A DNA stretch of 64,000 nucleotides, taken from the NCBI GenBank assembly GCA_023251535.1, contig JAHEYP010000014.1, positions 11,726-75,725 of the forward strand, given 5' to 3'. Source of the stretch: Bacteroidota bacterium (GTDB lineage Bacteria > Bacteroidota > Bacteroidia > AKYH767-A > OLB10). Below the pieces are notes generated by a model that was not told the DNA's origin, did no database searches, and saw nothing but the letters and a program-made list of their open reading frames with translations. Position 1 is the stretch's first letter. Every line of letters begins with the position of its first letter. The position numbers and the translations under genes are program-made. Positions 38,405-47,794 of the stretch are shown here, piece after piece.

Positions 38405-38899
38405 TTATTTTTCGTCAGCACTCGGGCCATATAATCCCGGTACCGCTACATCATTAAGACGTAAATAAACCGAAAGTTGTCCACGGTGGTGAATAATATG
38501 ATTGAATACCATCGTTCTCAATACAACTCCTTTCGGTAATGTAAAGATAACATGCTCTCCGTTTCTTAATGTCCACATTTTACCGTATTCTTCGTCAGAA
38601 GCTCCGCTAAAAGCAGCCTTCGCTTGCTGATACATCTTTTCGTGTAGAGCTAATAACTCTTCAGTATTGTGAACTTCTGGAGTAGGAATATAATTAACAG
38701 AGAAATCAAGTTGATCTTGATTTATGGTTACAGCAGCCCATCCCCATAATTCGGCAACGTGACGAGCAAGGCGCTCCATCGACATCGATTTCTCATGCGG
38801 TTTGTAAGCAGGATCATTAAACGGTACTCGTTCTAGTATTCTTTTCGAACTTGCGAATTCATGCTCAAGTTCTGCTAGGTAGGATTGACTTAGTGACAT
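38405..38899 (-). CDS. DinB-family protein
   Basis: KPHEKSMSM.RLA.H, NHIIHHRGQLSVYLRL..V.VPGLYGPSADE; TATGTTTG element at 38920-38927 (-) supports ATG 38899. Confidence 0.9.
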   Translation of the reverse strand: MSLSQSYLAELEHEFASSKRILERVPFNDPAYKPHEKSMSMERLARHVAELWGWAAVTINQDQLDFSVNYIPTPEVHNTEELLALHEKMYQQAKAAFSGASDEEYGKMWTLRNGEHVIFTLPKGVVLRTMVFNHIIHHRGQLSVYLRLNDVAVPGLYGPSADEK

Positions 38900-38937
38900 A
38901 GTGATATGTTTTATTTGTGCAAACATACATTTTTTTC

Positions 38938-40068
38938 TTATTCTTCTGCTTTATTCAGCAGCTTTGATAGAAGAGCATAGGAACCTTTGCTTACCACTTT
39001 GATTCCTTCTTTGATTGTCTCTGAGGACATTAATTCCGTAAATCCATTTTCGGTAACGCCTGGCTTTACTTGAACTTTCCTGTATTTTAAACTACTTTCT
39101 TCAATAAATACAAAAAAGTCGTTTCCATGTTGAGTCACTGATTCATTAGGAACTGCTATCGCCATGCGCATTTCGGAAGCGATTTTTCCTTTCATCGTCA
39201 TTCCGGGAATAAGGTCTTTATACTTTTTCGCAAAATGACAATGTAGTTCAGCATTATGATTCTCATCGAGGTTTCTGTTGATCATATGCACTTTGGCTTC
39301 AAATTGCTCGTTTGGTAACGATGTTGTTGTTGCCATTACAGTCATACCTTCTTTAATCAAATGCAAATCATTTTCGAAAACATATAGCACCAAATGTGTA
39401 TCACTATCGTCGATGATTTCAAATAACGTATTCGATTCGTTGATTAGTTGCCCGGTGTTGATGCTGACTTTCGAAATAAATCCATCAGTAGTTGCCTTGA
39501 TTTCTGCAATTGATGATAAATTGTTTTCCGTTAGCGATTTCGCATTGACGCCTATTAATGAAAGGCTTTCAATTAATGATTTTAAATGCAACTTTTCAGT
39601 CTCGTATTCATTCTTTGCCTTTTCAAATATTTTATCACTACCCGTTTTGTCGGAGTTTAGTTTAAGTTGGCGATTATATTCCGCTTCCAACATTAAAACT
39701 TTCGATTGACTACTTAAATATTCCTGTTGCATATTTAGTATACCTGAGTGTTGAACAATCGCAAGCGTTTGTCCTTTTCTAACCTTTTCTCCTGGTAAAA
39801 CGTTTATCTTTTTTACTGATGCAGGAATTGGAAAGCTTATATAGATCTCGTTTTGTGGAGGAAGTTCTATTTTCCCATTCACAGAAATTTCCGGCGACAT
39901 TTCTCTTAAGCCCGCCGAAACTGTTTCTAATGAGATAGTGTTCTTTTGTGCAGCGGTAAGTTGCACTATAGTTTCATCTTTTTCCGATAATGTTTCTTTA
40001 GTTGGAGATGATTTATCACCACAAGAAATAAAGATGATGGATATTAGAATATATAATATGTTCTTCAT
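38938..40068 (-). CDS. RND efflux periplasmic adaptor (CzcB-like lipoprotein)
   Basis: Lipobox FISC; GKIELPP, GEKVRKGQ, DLIPGM, AVPNESV; directly downstream of CzcA. Confidence 0.88.
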   Translation of the reverse strand: MKNILYILISIIFISCGDKSSPTKETLSEKDETIVQLTAAQKNTISLETVSAGLREMSPEISVNGKIELPPQNEIYISFPIPASVKKINVLPGEKVRKGQTLAIVQHSGILNMQQEYLSSQSKVLMLEAEYNRQLKLNSDKTGSDKIFEKAKNEYETEKLHLKSLIESLSLIGVNAKSLTENNLSSIAEIKATTDGFISKVSINTGQLINESNTLFEIIDDSDTHLVLYVFENDLHLIKEGMTVMATTTSLPNEQFEAKVHMINRNLDENHNAELHCHFAKKYKDLIPGMTMKGKIASEMRMAIAVPNESVTQHGNDFFVFIEESSLKYRKVQVKPGVTENGFTELMSSETIKEGIKVVSKGSYALLSKLLNKAEE

Positions 40069-40072
40069 TGTT

Positions 40073-43000
40073 TTAGTTGTTTGTATAGAAAAGAATTTCG
40101 TTTAACGATTCACGTTGATTTGTCCAATTGTCGATTGTAGTTAAATAGGTTCGCAGAATTAACTCACCGGTAAGTACCCATTCGGTATAGTTGATTTCTC
40201 CTTCGTTGAGTTTATTCTTTAATCCGTTCTGTAATTGTCCAACTAATAGTAAGTCGGTACTAAGCGACCTTTCCAATATCGCTGTGCTAATTCGATATTT
40301 CGACAGCGCAATATTGATGTCATTGTCGATTTTTATACTCGATTTGGTTTTGTTCAGTTCATTGATTCGCAATCTGGCTTTCGATTTCTTTAAACCACTT
40401 CCGTAGTTGAAGCAAATCAACGGAATTTGTATTCCCGCATCAAATGATTGGTAGTTGATATTTGATAGGTAAGAAGAGGAAGTGCCTTCGCTGTTAAATG
40501 ACTGTAACGAATATCCTGCTCTAAACTTGGGGAAGAATTTAGCTTTTTCGATTTGGATAGCTCTGTTTAGAATTTCACTTTCTAATGTTATATGTTTTAT
40601 CGATAACTGTTCGGATTTTGAAATTGAGGATGTATCAATTTTCTCTATTGATAGTGATTTTAACATCGTAGGCTTAATGTAGTAATCAACTTGTATCAAT
40701 GATCTTAAATTACTTCCAACTTCAAATATTTGCTGGTTATTGTTTTGTAATTCGTTTAACAGATTATTTCTCCTTAGTTTCATTTGCAGTAATTCTCCAA
40801 CTCCGATTTCTCCTGCGTCGAACATTTGCTGGAATCTTTCTTGTGCTTTTGCGAATAAGCTATCCGTTTGAGTGAGTAAGGTTGCTTTGTATTGTAATGC
40901 GCTTAATTCATCGTAAAGATTTCGCACTGATTTGCTGATTTCTTTTTCGAATAATTTTCGCTCGTTTTCATTCTGTAAAAGCTTTATGTTGTTTTGCTTT
41001 TTAGCGGCAATAATTTCAGGGATATTTGGAATGTTTTGAATGAAGGTTATCCTGCTATCATTTGTGTTTCCATTCAAGTTTCCGAAGGATGTCGATATAT
41101 CTAATGGGTCAAATTTTGAATTTGATCTTGATTCGGAATTCATGATTTCAGCATTTAATGAAAACGCTTTTAATGCGCTGTTGTTTTCAATTGCAAGCCG
41201 AACGGCTTCTTCTTTTGAAACTACTTTTATTTCTTGTGCTTCTGCAGTGAAACCGATCATTAATGAAATTGCAATAATCCCTGCCTTGCTGAAATTCAAA
41301 TTCCTTATTTTAGGTTTTCTTTGTTCGAACATCACATAAAGTATTGGTAATACAATTAAGGTTAGTAGCGTTGCAGTTATTAATCCCCCAATCACCACCG
41401 TTGCTAATGGTCGTTGGACTTCAGCACCCGCACCATTGCTTAATGCCATTGGCAAAAATCCTAATGATGCTACACAGGCAGTCATTAATACAGGACGAAG
41501 TCGAATAGATGTTCCTTTTAGTACCAATTGCTTTGGATCTTTCATGCCTTCACGTTTTAATAAATTGAATTCGGTTATGAGTACAATTCCATTGAGTACT
41601 GCGACACCAAACAGAGCAATGAACCCTATACCTGCTGATATACTGAATGGCATATCTCGTAGCCATAAAGCGAATATTCCTCCCATTGCCGACAAAGGAA
41701 TAGCACTAAAGATTAATAGTCCTTGTTTAATTTTGCCGAAAGCAAAATAGAGCATTAGCAAAATTAGAAGAAGAGCAATTGGTACAGCAATCATTAATCG
41801 TTGCCTTGCTTGAATTAGATTTTCAAATTGTCCTCCGTAGGTAATGTAATACCCAGTCGGGAATTTAATTTGATTTTCTGTTTTTTCTTTTAATTCTTTT
41901 ACGATACTCTCGACATCTCTTCCTCTAACATTAAATCCGATTGTTATTCTTCGGTGAGCATCTTCCCTTTGAATTTGATTTGGACCAACTTCAATATTTA
42001 CATCTGCAACTTCTCTCAAAGGGATTATTATTCCATTGTTTTTAACGATTGGTAACGATCCGATATCTTCTGTTTTTGTTCGCGAAGTTGAATCGAGACG
42101 GATAGCAATGTCATAACGTTCTTCGTGCTCATAAACTGACCCTGCTAAATATCCACTGTATGAAGTAGCTATCGCTTTGTTAACTTCTTTTACTGTTATG
42201 TTGTGCTTTATTAATCCATCGCGGTTTACTCTAATAACTAATTGTGGTAATCCTGTGGTCGATTCAACATATAAATCGCGTGCTCCATCAACAGTATTGA
42301 TTATTCTTCCCAGATCATCAGCATATTTACTTAAGCTATCCAAGTCATCGCCGAATATTTTACAAACTACATCTTGGCGTGCGCCCGTCATAAGTTCATT
42401 AAATCGCATTTGCACTGGATATTGAAATCCTGTTGTTACACCCGGCAAATCTTCAACAGCTCTACTCATTTTCTCAGCTAATTCGTCGAAAGTTTTAGCG
42501 CTGGTCCATTCTGATTTGTCTTTCAGAATCACCATCATGTCGCTGGCTTCAATGGGCATAGGGTCGGTTGGAATTTCTCCACTTCCAATTTTAGTTACCA
42601 CTTTTTCGACTTCCGGAAATTTAGACTTTAATATTTCAGCAGTTTTTTGTGTTGCTTGTATAGTTGTGGTTAATGAACTTCCTGTAAGTGTTCTGGTGTC
42701 GACAGCAAAGTCTCCCTCTTCTAATTCAGGAATGAATTCTCCTCCAAGTTGTGATAGTACAACAACCGATAAAACAAATAGAATAATTGACGCTGCTACA
42801 ATTTTCCTAGGTATTAGAAGTGCTTTTTCTAAGATTTTTTTGAATTTGCGTTCAATGGCGATAATTATTCTTTCTGATAAATTACTGCCTTTTTTTATTT
42901 TGCGACTTAATACCAATGAACTCATCATTGGGATATAAGTCAATGAAAGTAGAAATGCACCTAAGATGGCAAACGATACTGTTTGTGCCATAGGCTTAAA

Positions 43001-44428
43001 CATTTTCCCTTCAATTCCTTCAAGTGATAAAATTGGGAGGTATACAATTAGAATAATGATTTGTCCGAATACCGCTGCATTCATCATTTTTCCTGATGAA
43101 GTACGAACTTCTCCGTCCATTTGTAGTTTGCTTACTTCGGTTAATTCAGCGAATTGTTTATTATGGTGAAGTCGATGTAAGATGGCTTCAACAATAATTA
43201 CAGCACCATCAACAATTAGTCCGAAGTCGAGTGCTCCTAAACTCATTAAGTTTCCGCTCACACCAAAGACATTCATTAGAATTATCGCGAACAACATTGA
43301 AAGAGGAATTACTGAAGCTACCAATAATCCTGCTCTGAAATTGCCTAAGAATAATACTAAAATCAATACTACAATTAGTGCCCCTTCAATCAAGTTTCGC
43401 TCTACAGTGGAAATGGCATTGTTCACCATTTTAGTTCTGTCGAGGAATGCTTCGACTTCGACTCCCTCGGGTAAAGTTTTGTTGATTTCTGCGATTTTTT
43501 CTTTTACTTTTTTAATAACTTTAGATGAGTTTTCGCCCTTTAACATCATTACAACTGCTCCGCATACCTCACTTTTATTGTTGTATAGTACTGCTCCATA
43601 TCGAACCGCAGAACCAATTTTCACTTCAGCCACATCTTTAACCTTTACCGAAGTTCCATTGCTGGTTTGCTTAATTGGAATGGATTCAATTTCTTGTTGA
43701 TTTTTTACAAGTCCCTCACTGCGTATGTATAAAACACTTGGACCCTTTTCTATATATGCACCTCCTGTATTTTGATTGTTTTGTTCAACCGCATCAATCA
43801 CATCTTGCAATGAAACTTGAAGAGATTTGAGCTTTTCAGGATTAATGGCTATTTCGAATTGCTTTAATTTACCCCCGAAAGAGCTGACATCGGCAACACC
43901 TTCGGTTCCGAGTAATTGTTTACGGATAATCCAATCTTGAATACTTCGAAGTTCCTGCAATGAATATTTGTTTTCATATCCTTTAGCAGGTTTTACTACG
44001 TATTGATAAATTTCTCCTAGACCAGTTGTTACTGGACCTAATTCAGGTCTTCCTACTTCAGGAGGAATTATTGAGGCGACTTGTTGGAGACGTTCGTTTA
44101 CTTGAGTCCTAGCCCAGTAAATATCAGTTTCGTCTTTAAATACTATCGTAACAACTGATAATCCGAAGCGAGAAAACGATCGTTGTTCGATGATACCCGG
44201 TATGTTTCGAGTTACTTGCTCGATAGGAGCAGTGATGATTCTTTCTATATCGGCAGCGCCATAAGAAGGAGATGATGTAATAATTGTTACCTGATTATTG
44301 GTAATATCGGGAACGGCATCGATAGGAAGTTGAGTAGCATTATAAACTCCGCCCACTATAAGTAGTAGAACAAATAAGCCTACAATCAACTTGTTTTTTA
44401 TCGATAGCCGGATGATTTTTTCCAGCAT
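40073..44428 (-). CDS. CusA/CzcA heavy-metal RND transporter fused to a C-terminal TolC-like domain
   Basis: PIDAVPDIT, LMSLGALDFGLIVDGAVIIVE, RLRPVLMTA, QRPLATVVIGG; extra ~400 aa helical/beta TolC-like tail after residue ~1040. Confidence 0.92.
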   Translation of the reverse strand: MLEKIIRLSIKNKLIVGLFVLLLIVGGVYNATQLPIDAVPDITNNQVTIITSSPSYGAADIERIITAPIEQVTRNIPGIIEQRSFSRFGLSVVTIVFKDETDIYWARTQVNERLQQVASIIPPEVGRPELGPVTTGLGEIYQYVVKPAKGYENKYSLQELRSIQDWIIRKQLLGTEGVADVSSFGGKLKQFEIAINPEKLKSLQVSLQDVIDAVEQNNQNTGGAYIEKGPSVLYIRSEGLVKNQQEIESIPIKQTSNGTSVKVKDVAEVKIGSAVRYGAVLYNNKSEVCGAVVMMLKGENSSKVIKKVKEKIAEINKTLPEGVEVEAFLDRTKMVNNAISTVERNLIEGALIVVLILVLFLGNFRAGLLVASVIPLSMLFAIILMNVFGVSGNLMSLGALDFGLIVDGAVIIVEAILHRLHHNKQFAELTEVSKLQMDGEVRTSSGKMMNAAVFGQIIILIVYLPILSLEGIEGKMFKPMAQTVSFAILGAFLLSLTYIPMMSSLVLSRKIKKGSNLSERIIIAIERKFKKILEKALLIPRKIVAASIILFVLSVVVLSQLGGEFIPELEEGDFAVDTRTLTGSSLTTTIQATQKTAEILKSKFPEVEKVVTKIGSGEIPTDPMPIEASDMMVILKDKSEWTSAKTFDELAEKMSRAVEDLPGVTTGFQYPVQMRFNELMTGARQDVVCKIFGDDLDSLSKYADDLGRIINTVDGARDLYVESTTGLPQLVIRVNRDGLIKHNITVKEVNKAIATSYSGYLAGSVYEHEERYDIAIRLDSTSRTKTEDIGSLPIVKNNGIIIPLREVADVNIEVGPNQIQREDAHRRITIGFNVRGRDVESIVKELKEKTENQIKFPTGYYITYGGQFENLIQARQRLMIAVPIALLLILLMLYFAFGKIKQGLLIFSAIPLSAMGGIFALWLRDMPFSISAGIGFIALFGVAVLNGIVLITEFNLLKREGMKDPKQLVLKGTSIRLRPVLMTACVASLGFLPMALSNGAGAEVQRPLATVVIGGLITATLLTLIVLPILYVMFEQRKPKIRNLNFSKAGIIAISLMIGFTAEAQEIKVVSKEEAVRLAIENNSALKAFSLNAEIMNSESRSNSKFDPLDISTSFGNLNGNTNDSRITFIQNIPNIPEIIAAKKQNNIKLLQNENERKLFEKEISKSVRNLYDELSALQYKATLLTQTDSLFAKAQERFQQMFDAGEIGVGELLQMKLRRNNLLNELQNNNQQIFEVGSNLRSLIQVDYYIKPTMLKSLSIEKIDTSSISKSEQLSIKHITLESEILNRAIQIEKAKFFPKFRAGYSLQSFNSEGTSSSYLSNINYQSFDAGIQIPLICFNYGSGLKKSKARLRINELNKTKSSIKIDNDINIALSKYRISTAILERSLSTDLLLVGQLQNGLKNKLNEGEINYTEWVLTGELILRTYLTTIDNWTNQRESLNEILFYTNN

Positions 44429-44502
44429 TGAATAAATAAGTTAAGAGTAATTAAAATGGAATTCCAAAGCGCTAAACGGCGCTAATTTGCACTTAATAAA
44501 AA

Positions 44503-44880
44503 TTATGCACGCGGCGGTTGCCAAACGGTATTCGGAATATGAATAGTATTATGTTCCTGATAATCGAAAAACAGGGTGGTTTCTATGTCATTGAAAACAA
44601 AACCGGGGAATTCTATTTTTTCTGTATTAGCAATTGGAGCAGATGCGAAATTGTACTCGAAACTTTTAAATGGAAGCTTCATGTCTTCATGTGCATCGCT
44701 ATCGTAGTTCTCTAATTCACGGTAATGGAGGAACAAAAACTCTGCAATGCCCAATTCTGGTTCAGTAATTCTATGTTCGTTAAAATGATGCGTAAGTGCC
44801 GGCAGCTTCATTAGCTGATACAATCCCGCTTGAGGGAAAGCTACAGCTAACAATAAAAATAAGGCTATGGCACGCTTCAT
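44503..44880 (-). CDS. His-rich small protein upstream of czcA, C-terminal WQPP motif
   Basis: QLMKLPALTHHFNEH, FLFLHY, HEDMKLPFK, ends VWQPPRA; TATATTTG -7 element at 44886-44893 (-). Confidence 0.8.
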   Translation of the reverse strand: MKRAIALFLLLAVAFPQAGLYQLMKLPALTHHFNEHRITEPELGIAEFLFLHYRELENYDSDAHEDMKLPFKSFEYNFASAPIANTEKIEFPGFVFNDIETTLFFDYQEHNTIHIPNTVWQPPRA

Positions 44881-44953
44881 AATCGCAAATATAGTGTCTA
44901 TAGACTAATATGTGAAATAAAACTTCTGAATCGGGAAAATCTATACTTGAAAC

Positions 44954-45652
44954 TTATTTTTTACTTGACAGATGAATGTAAAATGTATGATCCAAACATT
45001 TTCCGTTTGTGTCTGAATGTATTTTAACCTTATGTTGTCCGCTTTCGTCAAGGACATATTCTTCCATTTCTTTCAACTCGGGCACGGGCTTGTCAGATTT
45101 TATAACCCATACTTCTGTATTCGTTTTCACGTGGTCTTTGTAATAAGATTTGTAGGTAATACAATCATTCGGACTATAACAAGTTGTATTTAGAAACTCA
45201 TTTCCCAAGCTATCCAATACTATACGTTGTTCAACGGTAGGAATTGAATCTCCTTTAAAACTCCAATAAACAATCCATCCCCTTGGCATTGTATCCTTAA
45301 TACGCATTAAAGCCATGCTAAAACTACTATCGGCATTAAAAAGACTATCGGCAAACCACTCTTGATTTGGTTGGTAATACACTTTGTTGAACTTCTTTAG
45401 CTTCCCGTTTTCGTCAAAAGATGTCTTTTTATACAACTTTCCCGAAGAATTATAATAGTAATAAAGTGTAGTGGGAGGGAAGTCGCGCCTTACTTTCTTT
45501 ACAAGCTGTTCTTCTCTGTTAAAGTAACTCACCGAAACAGTATCACATACCTTTTGATCACAATCGCATTTTAGCTCATAAGTGATTTTTTGGGCATTGC
45601 TTTGGAATATACCCAATGTGCAAAATAGAAGAAGTAAAAGAATTCGTTTCAT
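44954..45652 (-). CDS. Secreted hypothetical protein
   Basis: Signal peptide (SNA-Q); Tyr-rich beta-hairpin pattern (YYYYNSSGKL); TATTTTTG element at 45660-45667 (-). Confidence 0.65.
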   Translation of the reverse strand: MKRILLLLLFCTLGIFQSNAQKITYELKCDCDQKVCDTVSVSYFNREEQLVKKVRRDFPPTTLYYYYNSSGKLYKKTSFDENGKLKKFNKVYYQPNQEWFADSLFNADSSFSMALMRIKDTMPRGWIVYWSFKGDSIPTVEQRIVLDSLGNEFLNTTCYSPNDCITYKSYYKDHVKTNTEVWVIKSDKPVPELKEMEEYVLDESGQHKVKIHSDTNGKCLDHTFYIHLSSKK

Positions 45653-45731
45653 AGGGTGGCAAAAATAGCGAAGGGGAATAGATTCATTCGATTTCCTTTG
45701 TTATTTGAATCAGATTTGGATAAATCTTGGT

Positions 45732-45764
45732 AAATAGGTATATTTACGGCAAATAGCTATAGTT
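45732..45764. promoter_or_regulatory. Two 14-bp boxes (consensus AAATAGCTATATTT), putative operator
   Basis: AAATAGGTATATTT at 45732-45745 and AAATAGCTATAGTT at 45751-45764, the latter abutting ATG 45765. Confidence 0.45.
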
Positions 45765-46193
45765 ATGGAGAATTTAACCGATATTAAATGTCCGAAGTGC
45801 CAGTCCTATAGGGTCATTAAAAGTGGAATTGTTAATAGTAAACAGCGCTTTTGTTGTAAGAATTGCAGTTATTATTTTACGGTTGATAAGCTGGGCAAGC
45901 GTATCGATTCATATTATGTGACCAAAGCTCTGCAGTTGTATATCGAAGGACTTAGCTCTCGAGAAATTGAACGTTTGTTAGGTATTAGTCATGTTTCTGT
46001 AATGAATTGGGTGAAGCAATATGGTTTGAAACGTCCGGTGAATAGTCAGTATCATCCAAGCTATAAAGTTTTGAATCATTCCGAGTTGGTGGAGTATATG
46101 AGTAAAAAGGAGAATCTTAGTGGTGCAGGATCGGTAATTACTGAGTTGGGTGATAAGTTTATGTTGATTAAATGGGAGCGGTTTAGATCCTGA
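45765..46193 (+). CDS. IS1 InsA-like Zn-ribbon + HTH protein without transposase catalytic domain; probable DNA-binding regulator
   Basis: CPKC...KSG....KQRF.CKNC zinc ribbon; ALQLYIEGLSSREIERLLGISHVSVMNWVK HTH; unrelated ~55-aa tail; no DDE ORF follows. Confidence 0.75.
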   Translation: MENLTDIKCPKCQSYRVIKSGIVNSKQRFCCKNCSYYFTVDKLGKRIDSYYVTKALQLYIEGLSSREIERLLGISHVSVMNWVKQYGLKRPVNSQYHPSYKVLNHSELVEYMSKKENLSGAGSVITELGDKFMLIKWERFRS

Positions 46194-46258
46194 TTTTTTA
46201 AAATTTGAGTTTTTACCTCTTAAAATTGTTGTTTTTTAAGTAACTATTGTAAATTAAC

Positions 46259-46272
46259 AAATAGCTACATTT
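46259..46272. promoter_or_regulatory. Third 14-bp box upstream of porin operon
   Basis: AAATAGCTACATTT, one mismatch from consensus AAATAGCTATATTT. Confidence 0.45.
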
Positions 46273-46348
46273 AATTTGCAAAAAGAGGGTAGGTGTTTGC
46301 ACATTTGGTCGTCGGGTCCGGACTCCCAACCAATTAAAACATCTAACC

Positions 46349-47767
46349 ATGAAAAAAAATCTATTAACTATTGCCGGTGTTTGCTGTCTGTTGTTAAATG
46401 CATTCGTAGCTTCTGCTCAAGGAGGCGAAGGTTATGGCAGCGGAATCAAAATAAATTTGGATACCACCGGTACCCGATTTATTCGAATTATAAATTGGCA
46501 CCAAGTCTGGGTTCGATATAATGAAAACAATCCCGGTAGTACTGCTAATGGTGAGGCTTCAAATAGTCAAGTTGATTTCGCTATTCGTCGCTCTCGTTTT
46601 TTATTCATGACGCAAATTAGTCCGAAGTTTTTAGTAGTAACTCACTTTGGTATCAATAATCAAACCTTATTAAGCGGGGGCGCTTCGGGACAAGGAGCTG
46701 CCGGTACTGATGGTAAAAAACCTCAATTGTTTTTACACGACCTATGGGCTGAATATGCCATCAAAAAAGAGGTGATGTATTTCGGTGCAGGGTTGAATTA
46801 CTGGCAGGGTCCTTCCCGAAAAGCGAATGCAAGTACACTAAATTTCATGACGCTCGATGCACCGATTCATAATTGGTATAATATCGATGCTACAGATCAA
46901 TTCGGACGTTATCCAGGTATGTATATCAAAGGAAAAATCCTAAAAAGCAGAAAGCTTGATTATCGCTTAGCATTGAACTTTCCTTTTGCTATGCCTGCTG
47001 CAAATGCGCTCACAAAACTTGATACAACTGCTGCTAAAAACAATAAAGTAATAGCTTCTTATCGTGGTTTAGGAATGCAAAAAACAATGACTACAGGATA
47101 TATCATGTATCAGTTTAAGGAGAAAGAAAGTAATGTTCTTCCTTATACTGTCGGTACTTATTTGGGTTCAAAAAAAGTTATCAATGTAGGATTCGGAGGA
47201 AGCTATACTCCTGAAATGATGTGGGCACTTCAGAAAAATTCTTCTACAGGAAAATTAGATACAGTTCGTCAAGATCAACTGCTTTTGGCTGCCGATTTTT
47301 TCATGGACCTGCCGCTTAATAAAAGTAAAGGAACCGCAGTTACTTTGTATGCTTCTGCTCAGTATTGTAATATGGGCGATAACTTCGTTCGTTTAGTGGG
47401 ATTATCGAATCCTACTAATGGATTGAATTCGGAAAGCACTTATTCGGGGACTGGCAATAATGTTCCTGTTGTTGGTACCGGTACAATCATGTACGCTGAA
47501 GCAGGTTATCTTTTTCCTGCAACAAAAATCGGGAAATTTCAACCTTATGTTGCTTGTAACTATGCACAATATGATCGGATATCCGATGCCGTTATGATTA
47601 ATGATGTTGGTGTAAATTACTTAGTGAATGGCCATCATGCAAAAATTACACTCAATTATCGCTCTCGCCCTTATTTCGATTATAAAGATCCAGCTGTTAA
47701 ATATGGTGATATCGTGAAGAAGGGAAATAAGAGTGAAATTACTATGCAATTCCAAGTTTACTTGTAG
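46349..47767 (+). CDS. Outer-membrane porin-like protein (putative short-chain carboxylate/amide channel)
   Basis: Signal peptide (ASA-Q); FAIRRSRF, LFLHDLWAEY, GVNYLVNGHHAKITLNY, C-terminal QFQVYL beta-barrel signature. Confidence 0.7.
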   Translation: MKKNLLTIAGVCCLLLNAFVASAQGGEGYGSGIKINLDTTGTRFIRIINWHQVWVRYNENNPGSTANGEASNSQVDFAIRRSRFLFMTQISPKFLVVTHFGINNQTLLSGGASGQGAAGTDGKKPQLFLHDLWAEYAIKKEVMYFGAGLNYWQGPSRKANASTLNFMTLDAPIHNWYNIDATDQFGRYPGMYIKGKILKSRKLDYRLALNFPFAMPAANALTKLDTTAAKNNKVIASYRGLGMQKTMTTGYIMYQFKEKESNVLPYTVGTYLGSKKVINVGFGGSYTPEMMWALQKNSSTGKLDTVRQDQLLLAADFFMDLPLNKSKGTAVTLYASAQYCNMGDNFVRLVGLSNPTNGLNSESTYSGTGNNVPVVGTGTIMYAEAGYLFPATKIGKFQPYVACNYAQYDRISDAVMINDVGVNYLVNGHHAKITLNYRSRPYFDYKDPAVKYGDIVKKGNKSEITMQFQVYL

Positions 47768-47794
47768 GAGTTCTTACCTCAAAAAAATTAAATT

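Noticed and set aside
40191..43700. Numerous 60-170 aa ORFs on the + strand opposite czcA (similar shadow ORFs occur opposite many other genes)
   Set aside because: Antisense to well-supported genes, no protein motifs; typical codon-bias artefacts
45660..46348. Intact IS1-family insertion sequence
   Set aside because: No InsB/DDE reading frame, no A6C frameshift site, no recognisable terminal inverted repeats or target-site duplication
46276..46521. 81-aa ORF overlapping the porin start as a possible leader peptide
   Set aside because: TTG start, overlaps the porin CDS out of frame, and has no plausible protein features
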